Virus record (IMG/VR): IMGVR_UViG_3300021255_000054
DNA: 64,000 nucleotides
Strand: one strand, 5' to 3'
Source: a virus
Lineage: Duplodnaviria; Caudoviricetes
The position numbers and the translations under genes are program-made. Below the pieces are notes generated by a model. It saw only the letters and a list, made by a program, of their open reading frames with translations. It searched no databases and was not told the DNA's origin. Of the stretch, positions 1 to 12,306 are shown one piece after another. The stretch's first letter is position 1; every line of letters starts with the position of its first letter.

Positions 1-543
1 GACATATATAAGTCAATACTTGCCGGAATGGCAATTGCATTAGGCTGCTGGATGTATATGGCGGCGCCGAATCCAATAGTAGGCGCCTTCCTTTTCTCCT
101 GCGGACTATTATCAGTACGAATTTATAAATTAAATTTATTTACCGGTAAAATCCAATTTATGGTTACTAAGCAATATCCTTGGTATTTTTATTTAATAGT
201 ATTTCTTGGAAATATTATAGGAGTATCACTAATGGCATTACTTGCGCATAATGATGCTTCCGCAGCAATAGCTGCTACAAAAGTTACTCAACCGATATGG
301 GAAGCGATGTTTAAAGGTATCGGATGCGGTATGCTAATGTCATTAGCAACTTATGAAAAATCACCATTATGGATGTGTATTTTATGCGTAATGGGTTTTA
401 TCCTTAGCGGCTTTAATCACTGTATTGCAGATGCATATTATATGATTGCGGCTGGAACAGTTGGAATCTCATTACTTGGAACTATTATTGGAAATTTATT
501 TGGTGGTATTATTTTTAGTAATCTTGTGGAATCTAATGTTTGA
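1..543 (+). CDS. Formate/nitrite transporter (FNT) family protein, 5'-partial
   Basis: Frame open from base 1 (DIYKSILAGMAIALG); hydrophobic; motifs LNLFTG and SGFNHCIAD are typical of FNT channels. Confidence 0.75.
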   Translation, partial: DIYKSILAGMAIALGCWMYMAAPNPIVGAFLFSCGLLSVRIYKLNLFTGKIQFMVTKQYPWYFYLIVFLGNIIGVSLMALLAHNDASAAIAATKVTQPIWEAMFKGIGCGMLMSLATYEKSPLWMCILCVMGFILSGFNHCIADAYYMIAAGTVGISLLGTIIGNLFGGIIFSNLVESNV

Positions 544-568
544 CTTTTTCCCAGAAATCTGTTATAAT
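540..568 (+). promoter_or_regulatory. SigA/sigma70-type promoter
   Basis: TTGACT-17 nt-TATAAT with TG extension, upstream of ATG 595. Confidence 0.75.
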
Positions 569-594
569 TAATTATCAAAAGAATAGGTGATGAA

Positions 595-1629
595 ATGATT
601 TATCTTATATTGATATGTTTAGTTATAATCGGATTTCTGGGATTTAAACTTTATTAGAAGAAGGTTGTTGATACTCAATTAATGAATGAGTATTAGGCAT
701 AGATACAAAAGGTTAAAGAACAATTAGATTCTGATCAAAAAGCTTTAAATTAGTATAACAGTCAGCTGGTAGATGTTCGTATCAAAGTTAATACTGAGTA
801 GCAAAAGCTAACTGATTTATATAATTAGTTAGATAGCGTTGAAACTAGCTTAAAAGATTCTCGTGATGAATATCATCATTTAATAAATAATAAGATGAAA
901 GAAATAGACGAAACAATTAAGCAATAGCGGTAGACACGTCAGCAAGAATTAGATGCTGAATTTGATACTCGTAGATATGATCTTGAATTACAATTATCTT
1001 AGGCTTTACGTGAATATGATGAACAAGCAGAAGATGCAAAGAGTGTAATGGCAGATATAATTAAGCAATGTCAAGATAAGTGTAATGAGTATTAGAATAA
1101 AGTTATTGATGCAGAACAACGATTCGAAAGTATTGAAAGAGCTTTAGCTTAGTATGAAAAAGATAAACAAGCTAAATTATTCTATACAATACAATTACCT
1201 GAAGAGTTCAGAGATGATATTGAGTTTTTATTAACTACTGTCGCCGCGAAAGTACAGCATCCAGATATTATTAGTAAGTTAGTTTGGGCTGAATATGTAA
1301 AGCCTAACTTAGATAATACATTTAAGAGAATTGAAATTAAGGCTGAACCAGGAATTTACAAATTGACTAATATAGATACTGGTAAGTGCTATATTGGAAA
1401 AAGTACTAATGTAAAAACTCGTATAGCCGATCATTTCAAATCTTCTATAGGAATTAAAAGTATTGCGGATCAAGCCGTACATCATGCAATATTAAAAGAA
1501 GGATTCTGGAACTGGTCAATTGAAGTAATCACATATTGTGATAAAGATAAATTATCTGAATTAGAAAAGTATTATATTGAATTCTTTAAATCATAGGAAT
1601 TTGGTTATAATAAAAATAGTGGAGGCTAA
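595..1629 (+). CDS. Membrane-anchored coiled-coil protein with C-terminal GIY-YIG nuclease domain (TAG=Gln)
   Basis: 344 codons read by eye, 12 in-frame TAG and no TAA/TGA until 1627; N-terminal MIYLILICLVIIGFLGF; GIYKLTN..CYIGKS..R..H..LEKYYI..GYN. Confidence 0.8.
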
Positions 1630-1630
1630 T

Positions 1631-2047
1631 ATGAGTGAATACCTTGAAGCACGTTCAAATCTAGATTTAAATATAGAGCCAGCAGAAAAATTATCTGTAG
1701 ATGAGCTAATCGAACGTTTTGCCTAGGTGCAAAAAGTTACTATAGAAGAAGCAAAAGAATTAGTTGGCGCAGATACTGAAGAAGAAGTAATGAAAAAAAT
1801 TACTGATTTTACAGTTAATAAAATTCATTCATAGCTGCCTTTAATGAATAGAGCACAGCGCCGTGCTTTGAAGAAGAAGGTTGGCGCGAAAAAGTATGCT
1901 GAAATGGTTGCCAATAGTGGCGATGAGATTAGCATGATAAATGAAACTGCGGAAAAATTAAATTACATAGATTTAATTCAAAAACTAAGAGCACTAAATG
2001 AGAAAAAGGAGAAAGAAAATGGCGAGACAACTACTGAAGACGACTGA
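1631..2047 (+). CDS. Hypothetical protein (TAG=Gln)
   Basis: GGAGG RBS at 1621, ATG 1631, two in-frame TAG, joins ORF 1844..2047. Confidence 0.7.
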
Positions 2048-2228
2048 CCTATGGCTAGTAGATACTGAAGAAGAAGCGATGGGAATGATTGAAGAAGCTA
2101 AAGATAAGCAGGCAGATAAGGGATATTCTCTTACAAAGTCTGGATATACGATGAAGACTAAGAAGTCTAAGGGAGAAATTGTAGAAGTAACTTATAGAGT
2201 TTCTCTTGAAAAAACTTTTGATCTATAA
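2019..2228 (+). CDS. Hypothetical protein
   Basis: AAGGAG RBS before ATG 2019; tightly packed in the operon. Confidence 0.65.
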   Translation: MARQLLKTTDLWLVDTEEEAMGMIEEAKDKQADKGYSLTKSGYTMKTKKSKGEIVEVTYRVSLEKTFDL

Positions 2229-2233
2229 GGAGA

Positions 2234-3016
2234 ATGAGTATGGATGAAAATATGGAATCCTTTGTTAATGCAATTCAGTCATTAACAGAGATAAAAGAAG
2301 AAAACTTGACTGATGAAGTTATGGTAACAGTCCAAGAAAATTTTAAACAGCAGTTATCACCCCAGATGGTAAAACAGGCTGTAAATGAAATGATTAAGAA
2401 TATGGAAGAACAAGGACTAACTAAAGAAGAAGCCGCTGATGCAGTTAAGGCAATTAAAGACTTAATGAATGAAATGGTATATGGCGAACAACAATATACT
2501 GGTAATAAGAAAAAGCTTATTGATGATATTATTCAATCTACTTATAGCATCTTTGATCAGGCAGTAGATCAGTATCATAGCTATAGTATCGTATTACCTA
2601 TGACGTTAGCTGAAGGAGCTGTTGAGCCAACTTATGCGCACGAAAGCGATGCCGCCGCTGATTTATATGCACTAGAAGATACAGACCTTAACGCTCATAC
2701 TTATGGCAATAAGATTCGTACAGGAGTTAATATTCAACTTCCTGAAGGTTGGTTAGCTATGATTCTTCCTCGTTCCAGCATTGGCGCAAAAACTCCATTC
2801 CGCCTAAGCAATAGTGTTGGACTAATTGATAGTGGTTATCGAGGCGAATTAGGTGTTCTATACGATAATACTTCTGATACTAACTCTTTTATTCATAAAG
2901 GCGATCGTATTGCTCAGCTATTAGTAATGCCATCATATCGTTTTAAAGCAGAGATAGTAGAATCATTGGAAGACTCTGATCGTGGTACCGGAGGATTCGG
3001 GAGCACTGGTGCTTAA
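2234..3016 (+). CDS. dut: Trimeric dUTPase with ~120-aa N-terminal extension
   Basis: dUTPase motifs AAADL, PRSSIG, GLIDSGYRGEL, GDRIAQL, RGTGGFGSTG. Confidence 0.92.
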   Translation: MSMDENMESFVNAIQSLTEIKEENLTDEVMVTVQENFKQQLSPQMVKQAVNEMIKNMEEQGLTKEEAADAVKAIKDLMNEMVYGEQQYTGNKKKLIDDIIQSTYSIFDQAVDQYHSYSIVLPMTLAEGAVEPTYAHESDAAADLYALEDTDLNAHTYGNKIRTGVNIQLPEGWLAMILPRSSIGAKTPFRLSNSVGLIDSGYRGELGVLYDNTSDTNSFIHKGDRIAQLLVMPSYRFKAEIVESLEDSDRGTGGFGSTGA

Positions 3017-3765
3017 TGAGTACCATTAATATATATACAGTATAGAACGCGCTCGAAACTGAAGGTTGGAAATTAGTAAGTGATACTTATAAAAATTTAA
3101 AAACGCCATTAGAAATGATTTGTCCTGAAGGCCATAAGTAGGAATAGACATTTGAACAATGGCGCAAACATAAAATATGTGATATATGTATGGCCGGTGA
3201 TCCTTATAAGGTCAAAAAAAATAAAGTGCCCAAAAAGGGCACTGACGTTTCGCGCATATTGGCGCTTGATGCGGCAACAGGAGTTACTGGTTATTCAATA
3301 TATGATGATAAGGTACTGGTTGGTTATGGTACTTTTAAAACAAGTGCCAACTTACATGCTACCGAAAGAATTAATTAGGTTAAAAATTGGCTTAAAGCCG
3401 CATTAAAGGAATGGGAACCTGATTTCGTAGGTGTAGAGAATATATAGCTACAAAGTTACGGTCCGAATGCGACACAAGTTCAAGTAAAAACATTCTAGAC
3501 TTTAGCTAACCTATAGGGTGTAATATTAGATACATTATTTGAAGCTTGTATTGATAGTGAGTTAGTATATTCAAGCGAATGGCGCTCATATTGCGGTGTT
3601 AATGATGGTGATTCGCATAGAGAGCCTAAAAAGAAATAGGCGCAAGCTAAAGTTAAAATTTGGTATGGTATAGATTGCTCAGAAGATGAATCCGATGCAA
3701 TTTGTATAGGAAAGTATTTTTGCGGCAAAATTAAAACGCAAGTAAAATGGGGAGAAGATATATGA
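3016..3765 (+). CDS. RuvC-like Holliday junction resolvase with N-terminal Zn-ribbon (TAG=Gln)
   Basis: 8 in-frame TAG; CPEGH..CDIC; ILALDAATGVTGY, VGVENIQ, SEWR, EDESDAICIG. Confidence 0.8.
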
Positions 3766-4145
3766 TTACTGTAAAGATTAGTGATTTACTAAATGCAACT
3801 GAAGTTCTATAGGAACTATCTAAGAAATAGTTAAAGGCGCGCTTAGCCTTTGATGTATCTCGTTTATTAAAGGCAGCAGATACTGAAGTTACTCAGTTCA
3901 ATGAAGCTCGTATGAAGGTTATTAATAAGTTCGGTGAGAAGGATGAGAATGGTGAACTAAGCACTGATGAAAATGGTAATTGCCGCATCGTTCCTGCTAA
4001 TATTCCTGATTTTAATAATGAACTAAATGAACTAATTAACGCAGAAGTTGAACTTAATGCTAACAAGATTAAGATAACTGCGCTAGAAGATCTAGACTTC
4101 ACACCATCTGATATGGTTGTATTAGAACCATTTATTGAAGTATAA
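3762..4145 (+). CDS. Hypothetical phage protein (TAG=Gln)
   Basis: ATGA overlap with the previous gene; two TAG; joins ORF 3912..4145. Confidence 0.7.
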
Positions 4146-4187
4146 AAAAGAGGCCCGTACTCAGAAATGAGTACGGGCCTATTTTTT
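4144..4187. terminator. Bidirectional intrinsic terminator
   Basis: AGGCCCGTACTC-6-GAGTACGGGCCT with A-run and T-run, between convergent genes. Confidence 0.85.
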
Positions 4188-7100
4188 ATTGTGGTTCTTC
4201 TCCTGCAGAAAAATAATATATATCGCATAAGGTTCCACCATGTACTTTTAAAGCCTTCTCTGAAATTTTAATTTCTTTAATAAAAGCATAAACAGAATCA
4301 TTACCAGATTTCTCCTGGGGTTTTATCCATACTTTCCTACTAGTTGTGGAAGCATTTGGGCGCATATTATATGCAGAAGCAATATTTTTATAATGAAAAG
4401 TATATTCAATTCGATTACTTTTATTTGCATAGCCCATTACTGATCGAGTTGCCTGATCTTTAACTACAATATATCCTGTATTATTTCCACTAGATCCTTC
4501 AATATACATTTTAAACCTTACAGCAGAAAAAGATTGCTAAGTAAGGTTACTACTAGCGACATTAAATTCTGCTTTAATAGTTATATCATAAATATAAGGA
4601 GCATCTTCACTTCCTGTTCCATCTGTGATATATAATGAAGTATCTCCATCATAATTTATTACGCACTAATGTGCTGCTGTAGAAGAATCAATGTCAGTAC
4701 CCTAATTTACGCTTACATACATTTCGCTGACATAAAAATCTGCACTTACATTCGGATTCGGCCGAATCCAAACCCAGTCTCTATCAGAAGGATAATTACT
4801 AGGTGTAGTAAGAGAATAAAAAATATCATCTCTTGCCCAGACTTCTTGATCGTTTATTTTAATACGGGAACCTTTAATATCAATTCCACTACTATCCATA
4901 TGAATATAATTAGTTGCACTATTATCAAGCTTAATATGGTCTTTAGTAATAGATAAATAAGAATCATCTAATGCACTATTAGCTCCTTTTAGTACATGTA
5001 ATCCATAATTAGCGCCTAATACTAAAGCAGTTGTTGAGGTTAATTCTACAGTATTTGTTGTATCTGAACCAGATGTAGTTATTTTACGTGTACCAGTACT
5101 TAAACCATCTATCGTAAAAGGTTCTGGACTATCACCGTCTTCTCCATCTTTTCCATCTTTACTAATATAACTTATATCATATACAGTTGAAGTAGCACTT
5201 CCTATAGTACTTGTTATCTTAGTATGTAAATATTTTCCTTGCTATCCAGATAAGTTCGGTGCTGTAGTAGACCAACTTAAATCTTTATCAGTAGAACTAG
5301 TATAAGCCGTTGAAGTAGTATTAATTAAATAATATTTAGTTACAGCATAATCATTTTGAGCCAACGTAAAACTAGTAGCCGTAATTTTTCCTGTAATTTC
5401 TAAGCCATTTTTTATAGTATACTTTAAATAAGGATTGGATGATGCTCCTAATCGTAAAATTGCATCAGTGGACTAAGCAGAAGTTTTAGTAGTGTCTAAA
5501 AGAAAATTAGTAGTATCTACTGTTAATTTTTTATTTGATGCAATCACAATTCCATCATTATTTAAAATTATAGCCTCTTGATATTGATTAGAATTATTCA
5601 TTGCTCCAATAGAAATTGATCCTCGTGCCTAAATAGAAATATTTGCTGTAGATTCAATTGTTAATTTATTATTTTCTATTGTAATACCAGTAGTCTTAAT
5701 TTTAGTAAAACTGGTCTCACCAGACATATATTTCCCTAATGAAGTATTTACTTCCGCAGCAGCACCATTAGCATCATATAATTCATTTGTAGTTTTACTG
5801 CCAATATATAAATTATTCCCAGATGTAATTTTAAGATTTCCAGCAGCACTGATTTCTCCACTAGAATTAATTGTTAGAATAGCGTTACCTGAATTGTTAT
5901 AAAAACCAAAATTACTCGCTTCAACTTTCATATACCCATTATTAGATTTAGCAATAAAACTACTTGCGTATATACTACCTGATACAAATAAATTATTATT
6001 AGTAAATACCAATCCAACCCAAGGTTTAGCACTACTTCCTAATACTGGATCACTATTAGCAATTAAACCTGTAACAGTTGAGTCTGCAGTAATATACTAT
6101 AAATTATGACCTACCGCGAATCTTGTACCTAATCCAGTATTTGTCTATAACTTAAAATTATTCATATTAACATATAAATTAGCTAAAGAACCTAATTCAA
6201 TTCCTTCGCCACTAATACGTGTATATGAACCTCTTGAAGCACGTAAGTTGTTATTATTATTGCTAGTAGTAGGCCAAGTAACATTTACTGAACCGCTGCC
6301 TATTGTTATTCCATTTTCATTCATTAGAATAGCATTAATATTATTTCCAGAACCAGTAGCAAATCCAATACTATCTTTAGTAAATTTTGCACCAATAAGG
6401 CCACCATTTACCCCTGTAACATTCTAATTACCAATTGCGGCAGAACCGGAAGCAATTACTACTTTATCTTTATCCAATTCAATAGCATTACCGGCATTAG
6501 TAGAAGTATTCATATATCCTAAAATTAAATGTTGATCATTTAACTCTACTGAAGCACCAGCAGCATTAGCTTTTGTTAATTCATTCGTATCCGCGTTATA
6601 AGAAAAGCCACCGCTAAATATTCTTACTCCCTTTCCGCTACCAATCCATACACCAGTATCTGGACTAATTTCAATTGCAGAAGTACTGTTACTATTTATA
6701 CGAGAAGTAACCATCTAAATCTTATTAGCTCCGCGCATTAATATATCAGCAGATCCCATCTCAATTTTTTTTGGATTAATTAATACTTTAGAAAAATTAG
6801 TATCTCCAGTAGAACTACCTACTGATGTATAAGTAGTAGCTATTAAATTAATACTACTAGGAGTTTCATTAGCAGCTGCCGCACCCAAATTTAAAGTAGG
6901 GCCGCCTATATTAACTGATTGTTCACCTGTAATATTGACGTCATGTCCCACTAACTTTAATAGACCATTGGAACGTAATAATAATTCCTTCTAAGCTTCA
7001 ATCGTAATATTACCATCTTCAGCATCTATATCTAAATGTGCGCCCTTTATCTATGCTAATGTTCCATCACTAGTCTAAACCCAGCCACCAAAACCACTAG

Positions 7101-10100
7101 TCTCATTAGAATTAGCAGTAGCAATATATCGCGCCACTTCTTGGCCATCGCTATTTAACTCAATCCAAATATCACCTATTTTAAAAGTTGTAGGTCTAGT
7201 TTGAGATCTATATATAGAACCAGTTAATTCACTTTGTATATCTGAAGCAAAATTAGCTAATATTCCAGCGTTCGCAGTAGTTAATGAATGTATATTATTT
7301 AAACTACTCTAAGAATCTGCTAATATCTATCCCGCCTCAGTGAATAAACTTGTTAATTTATTTTGTACTACTTCACTACTATCAAAATGCGCATCTAAAT
7401 AAGCATTTAGTATTGAAGTATTACTCGCTAATGTATCAGAAAAACCTTTATCTGATAAACCAACTGAACCAGACAATGCCGCTCCTAATCCACCTTGCGC
7501 GCGCTTCATTTGTTCAGTTTGTGCTACAATTGTAGAAAATAAATCTTCAAATTTAGTTTTATAATTCTTAACTTCAATAGTATCATTCTATGGAGCATCT
7601 AAATCTAATTCCATATGAGATATATAGCCGAATGTATTTTCAAACTTCAATTCAGTATCATTTATCATTAATAATTGCGCCAATCTGCTATATAATGTAT
7701 GGGATACTGCTGGATTTAATAAATTTGTTGTAATATCATAAGAAACTTTAGGATAAGCATTTTCATGTGATACTTCAAGTGCATCTAGATAAATTGTTGT
7801 ATTAGCATTTGAAATTATATAATTTACTTTTACTTTTCGTGCAATACCACCACCACAATATCTTAACATGGATTCTGGTTTTAAAGTAATAAAGTATTCC
7901 ATATAATTAGTATCGCCACGTTTAGTATCACGCGTATTTACATAATAATCTTCAAACATACTTAATAACTAATTATTATACTATACAGTAATATCATCAC
8001 TCTAAGTCTTTAAACTAGTAGAAGAAAATCTAATACGCGGCATTACTATCTTATAATCTGCGGTTTCTAGCCACTTTACATTTTGAGCATTCTTAACAGT
8101 TAATGCATTACCAGTAATAGGTAATGTAAGCTCTCCTATTTTAGCATGACCATAATATTTACTATTATCAGTATTTTTCATATTTTTAATCTAATCATCA
8201 GTTAATGATTTTGCGCCAACTAATACTAATGCAGGAATTATTTTATTGGAACTATTTTTTACAAATACGGGAATAGCTTGTGAACCTACTGCAAAATACT
8301 ATTGATATTTTAATCCATTTGGATTAACCGTATCATTCTTATAATTAGTATTAAAATATATACTATACTTAGTAATATCATCCATTAAAATACCGCCAGG
8401 AATTTCTATCATAGGATAATATTCTTTAATTTTCTTTACACCTTTTTCATAATATAACTTCTATTCACCCATAAATAAATGAGAGTCACTTTCGTCACTA
8501 GAAGTGTCAACATCCCAAATAAATGTAGCTTCTTGTTTTAAATCTGAAGTTAAATCATTATTTTCAGCAGTAACAGTAGTAGGAATAGGATTTATATTAT
8601 ACTCTTTTGTATCTCCATAATTTGTATAATCTTCTGGTTGCCAGTAACCTTCACGCAAAGCAGGCCCCATCATGCGTTCAAAAGCTTTAATGCATTTATT
8701 CTTCTCTGTCATTAAATCTTCAATACTTTCATCAACAGTTTTTAGCTCTGCATAAAGTCCCGTCGCAGCAGTGTCGCCTTCCTATTTCTTACCTAGTTTA
8801 TTTTCAAGTTCCAATGCTTCCTTAGTATCAGCATTTAATTTATCTTGCCAATCTGCAATTACTGAGTCATAATAAGAAGAAGGATTATAATTATATGTTA
8901 AATATACTCTATTTACCTTCTCACTATCATAAGGCAAATTAGTTAATCTAGTAATATCATTGGTCTTTTTATCATATTCAGGAACAAATCCAGTAATTTC
9001 ATTAGCAGTAGTAAATGTCCAAGTCTAATTTGCAGAATTATAAGTCCCTGTTTTATAAACATGAACTGTATCTAATATAATTCCTAAATCATTCCTTAAA
9101 GAAATATAACCCGTGGTATTATCTCCACTATTAAAAATCTATTCCTAAGCAGGTTTTTTATTATCACGAGTCATTAAAGTATTTTTAGAATTACCATATT
9201 TTTCTAATAAAGCAGTCCTTAATGCTCCTGTCGCATCTACTTGTTCCTAGTCTAATTTTTTAGAATTTTCTGCAATAGCTAACTACGCTTTTACTTCAGT
9301 AATTTCATTACTCAAAGTCGCGCTCTTCTATTGTAAAGGAATTAGTTTTTCATTAAATCCCTTCATTTTCTTTTCATACACAGGAATTTCTGCGTACTAC
9401 TCATCAGATATTGTACCTATACTATGTAAATAATCAAAATTTAATATATAATCTTCTTTAGTTTTATTTGCTTCACTATCCATTATAGTATGATAGCCCT
9501 ATAATGTAGTATCATCATCTACATTTAGTACGTATAACTTAGTAGTTAAATCAGTGCTATCCATTCTGCGGCTAATCTCTGTCGCGCTATATGGATAAGT
9601 TAAAGACATATAACCTTCTTCTTCTTTAAAATAATTATTATAAAATACTACAGTACGAGATATAATCTAATTATTCTAATCATGTCCATACTCATATGTG
9701 CAAAATACACCAAAAGTCTCCGCGATAGTCTGTGTAATATTATATATATTACTATTCTTCGCATCAACCATTCTTTGCTTAATAGCAAAACTTTTTGTTT
9801 TTGTGGGCACTAAATCATCATTCCAAGCAGTAGTATATGTTTCTTCATATAACTACATAGATGAACGACCATTCGCGCCCTACTCAAATGAATTCCAATT
9901 CATTTGTAATCTATAATACCAAGTATTTGGATTTAAATTATTTTTATTATCTTCGTAGCTTTCTAAGCCCGCTTTGCGGCACCAATAAGCTATATCGGCG
10001 CGAGGTTCATTACTAACTTCTGAGGGCTTAGCTGGATCAGGATCTTTACCAGTTTCACACCATTTTTTATATCTTTCATAAAATTCCTCAAAAGATAATA

Positions 10101-10563
10101 CTAATTTATAACCTATCTTACCTAATTCATGAAATGCCAATCCTTCGCACTTTACTTCGCAAGTAAGCATATCATTACTATGAGTTTCTTGGATATCTAA
10201 AATAACAAATTCAAATACCTATTTAACAGTTTCATCTTTATTAAAAATAACTTTAATCTTGCGCAAACCTGTCATTAAATTATTATTTAACGTATTGCGC
10301 CAATTAGGATTTTCTATTAATACTCCATCTCTACGATAATACATTGGAATACTAAAGCTAAATTCCTAAGTACCATCAACATCCAAAATCATTTTAGGAT
10401 GTTCTATTCTTCCTTTTTGCTCCACATCGGACCACTTTAGGACAGTAATAAAACTGTCCTAAAGAGTCCATAGGGAGACTTCATAACTACGAATTTCTTT
10501 CTTTTCAATACCATATTGTCTATGCTATTCTATAATTAAGTTTTTTTGTTTATCCGTAATCAT
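4186..10563 (-). CDS. Large tail tip / host-specificity protein, ~2125 aa (TAG=Gln)
   Basis: All nine minus-strand track fragments share one frame; AAGGAGG RBS before ATG 10563; follows Dit; WSTTAP..GKYLHTK..KDGKDGEDG fibre-type segment near 5130-5280. Confidence 0.75.
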
Positions 10564-10584
10564 GTGTCTACCTCCTTTTACTCA

Positions 10585-12300
10585 TTATAAGTACATATTT
10601 TTATATGTTATTGTTAAATTAGTTAAAGGTACATCAAAATCATGATAAATACGATGCGATAATGAACGATCAGTTTCTGACCAGTTAATAATGCGGCCAT
10701 CAGCATTTGGATGATTTTTTTCCCTTATAATTATGTAATTAGAGTTAAGCATATCACCTATATCTTCTTCTACTGTTTTAACTTCTCCAAAATCTTTCCA
10801 GTCATCCCATTCAGCAGGATCAGAAGAAACATAAGGATGTCTGTAACTTATATTTCCAATTGCCTCACCATACTAACTATTAAATCTTAACTACATTTTA
10901 AGCAATGAATAAGAATTTTCTTCATTGCTCATTCCATATAAGAAATATGACATTGCAGTAATAATTTTATCAATAGAATCTATATGTGCAGAATCAGCAT
11001 TATCTTGATTTGCTGCTTGAGCTTTAGCAAAATCAATAATTTTAATTGCCCATTCGCGCGCGCCCTAATGTCGCACACTATCTCTAATAGTTGCACGTAC
11101 ATCTTCCCATGTATATTTATATTTTTCATTTTCAGTGATATTAATCATCTTTTTAAAAATTGATATCGCTTTATTATAACTTGTAAGAATATTAGGAGTA
11201 GTTAACTACATAATCTATTTATTTGAACTTTCAACAATAATACTATTATATGGCGTATTTGAATCAGTAAAAGAATTTCTAGGTACACTTACATAACCTT
11301 CACTATTTAGCTATGGTGTAATATCAAATTGAATAATAGTATATGCTGGCGCATTTCCTGCATAATAAAAATATGCATAAGCGCCTCGTGATAAACTAGA
11401 GATACCATTGCCGCTAGCATCAATGATTGCGCCTGCAATTGTACCAGTTAATCCATCCCCAGCATCAATACATGCTGTACCTTTTACTAAATCAGGATCA
11501 TATATACGTGATTTTAAATCATCATCAATACTAGCATATACGCCATTGCCCAATAGCATATTACTACCAACCATACTACCAAGAGGGATACCATCTTCAT
11601 ATAATATTTTTAAAGCATCCTAAGAAGCGAATACACTAACATAATCACTATCATCAGTTGAAGTTGGTGGGCGCCAATAATCAATATATCTAATCGTACC
11701 ATTCTGTTTAACTTTTCGCCCAAGTATATTCTAAATAGCATACCAATGTGGCTCATCCATTACTAATTTTAAGTGAATGTCACCTTTATATAACGTTGTT
11801 TTAGTTTTATATTGCACACTATTTATAGTAATTGTTACATCATCTTCAAAAGGTAATAGGGAGATTTGCGGCGGTTCCGCTACGCGCGCGAGAATCGCTC
11901 TATTGGGATGCTCCGCTAAAATCAATTCTCGTGTTTCACCTGCGTGAAACCAATATAAAAATTCATCTAACTTAGGCTAATCAATACCATCAGTTGATAA
12001 TGTGAAATTTAACTAATTAGTTTTATAATGGGTGCCCCAATAATACTATCCATCTAAATTATCATATGTAGTTGTAGTATCATTAAAAGAAGCATATCCA
12101 TCGCGCTCAATTCTATCATTATTAATTGTAGCAATTAAATTAAAATCTTCAATATGCTTTCCGCCATATGTAAAACTAATAAAAGAGCGATTCATCAGGG
12201 AAAGCCGAAGCTCTCCCCGATGAGTTGCTTGATAGACCTAACCCCTACGAGTTAGGTCTACCTCTATATTTGCATTTGATATATCTCTATATTCTGGCAT
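10585..12300 (-). CDS. Distal tail protein (Dit)-like, 571 aa (TAG=Gln)
   Basis: Position after TMP; SFTYGGKHIEDFNL, LDGQYYWGTHY, RELILAEHPNR; fragments 11311 and 11731 in the same frame. Confidence 0.7.
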
Positions 12301-12306
12301 CTCCTT

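Noticed and set aside
1363-1596. Mobile homing endonuclease / intron
   Set aside because: It is the C-terminal domain of 595..1629 and no interrupted host gene or intron structure was seen
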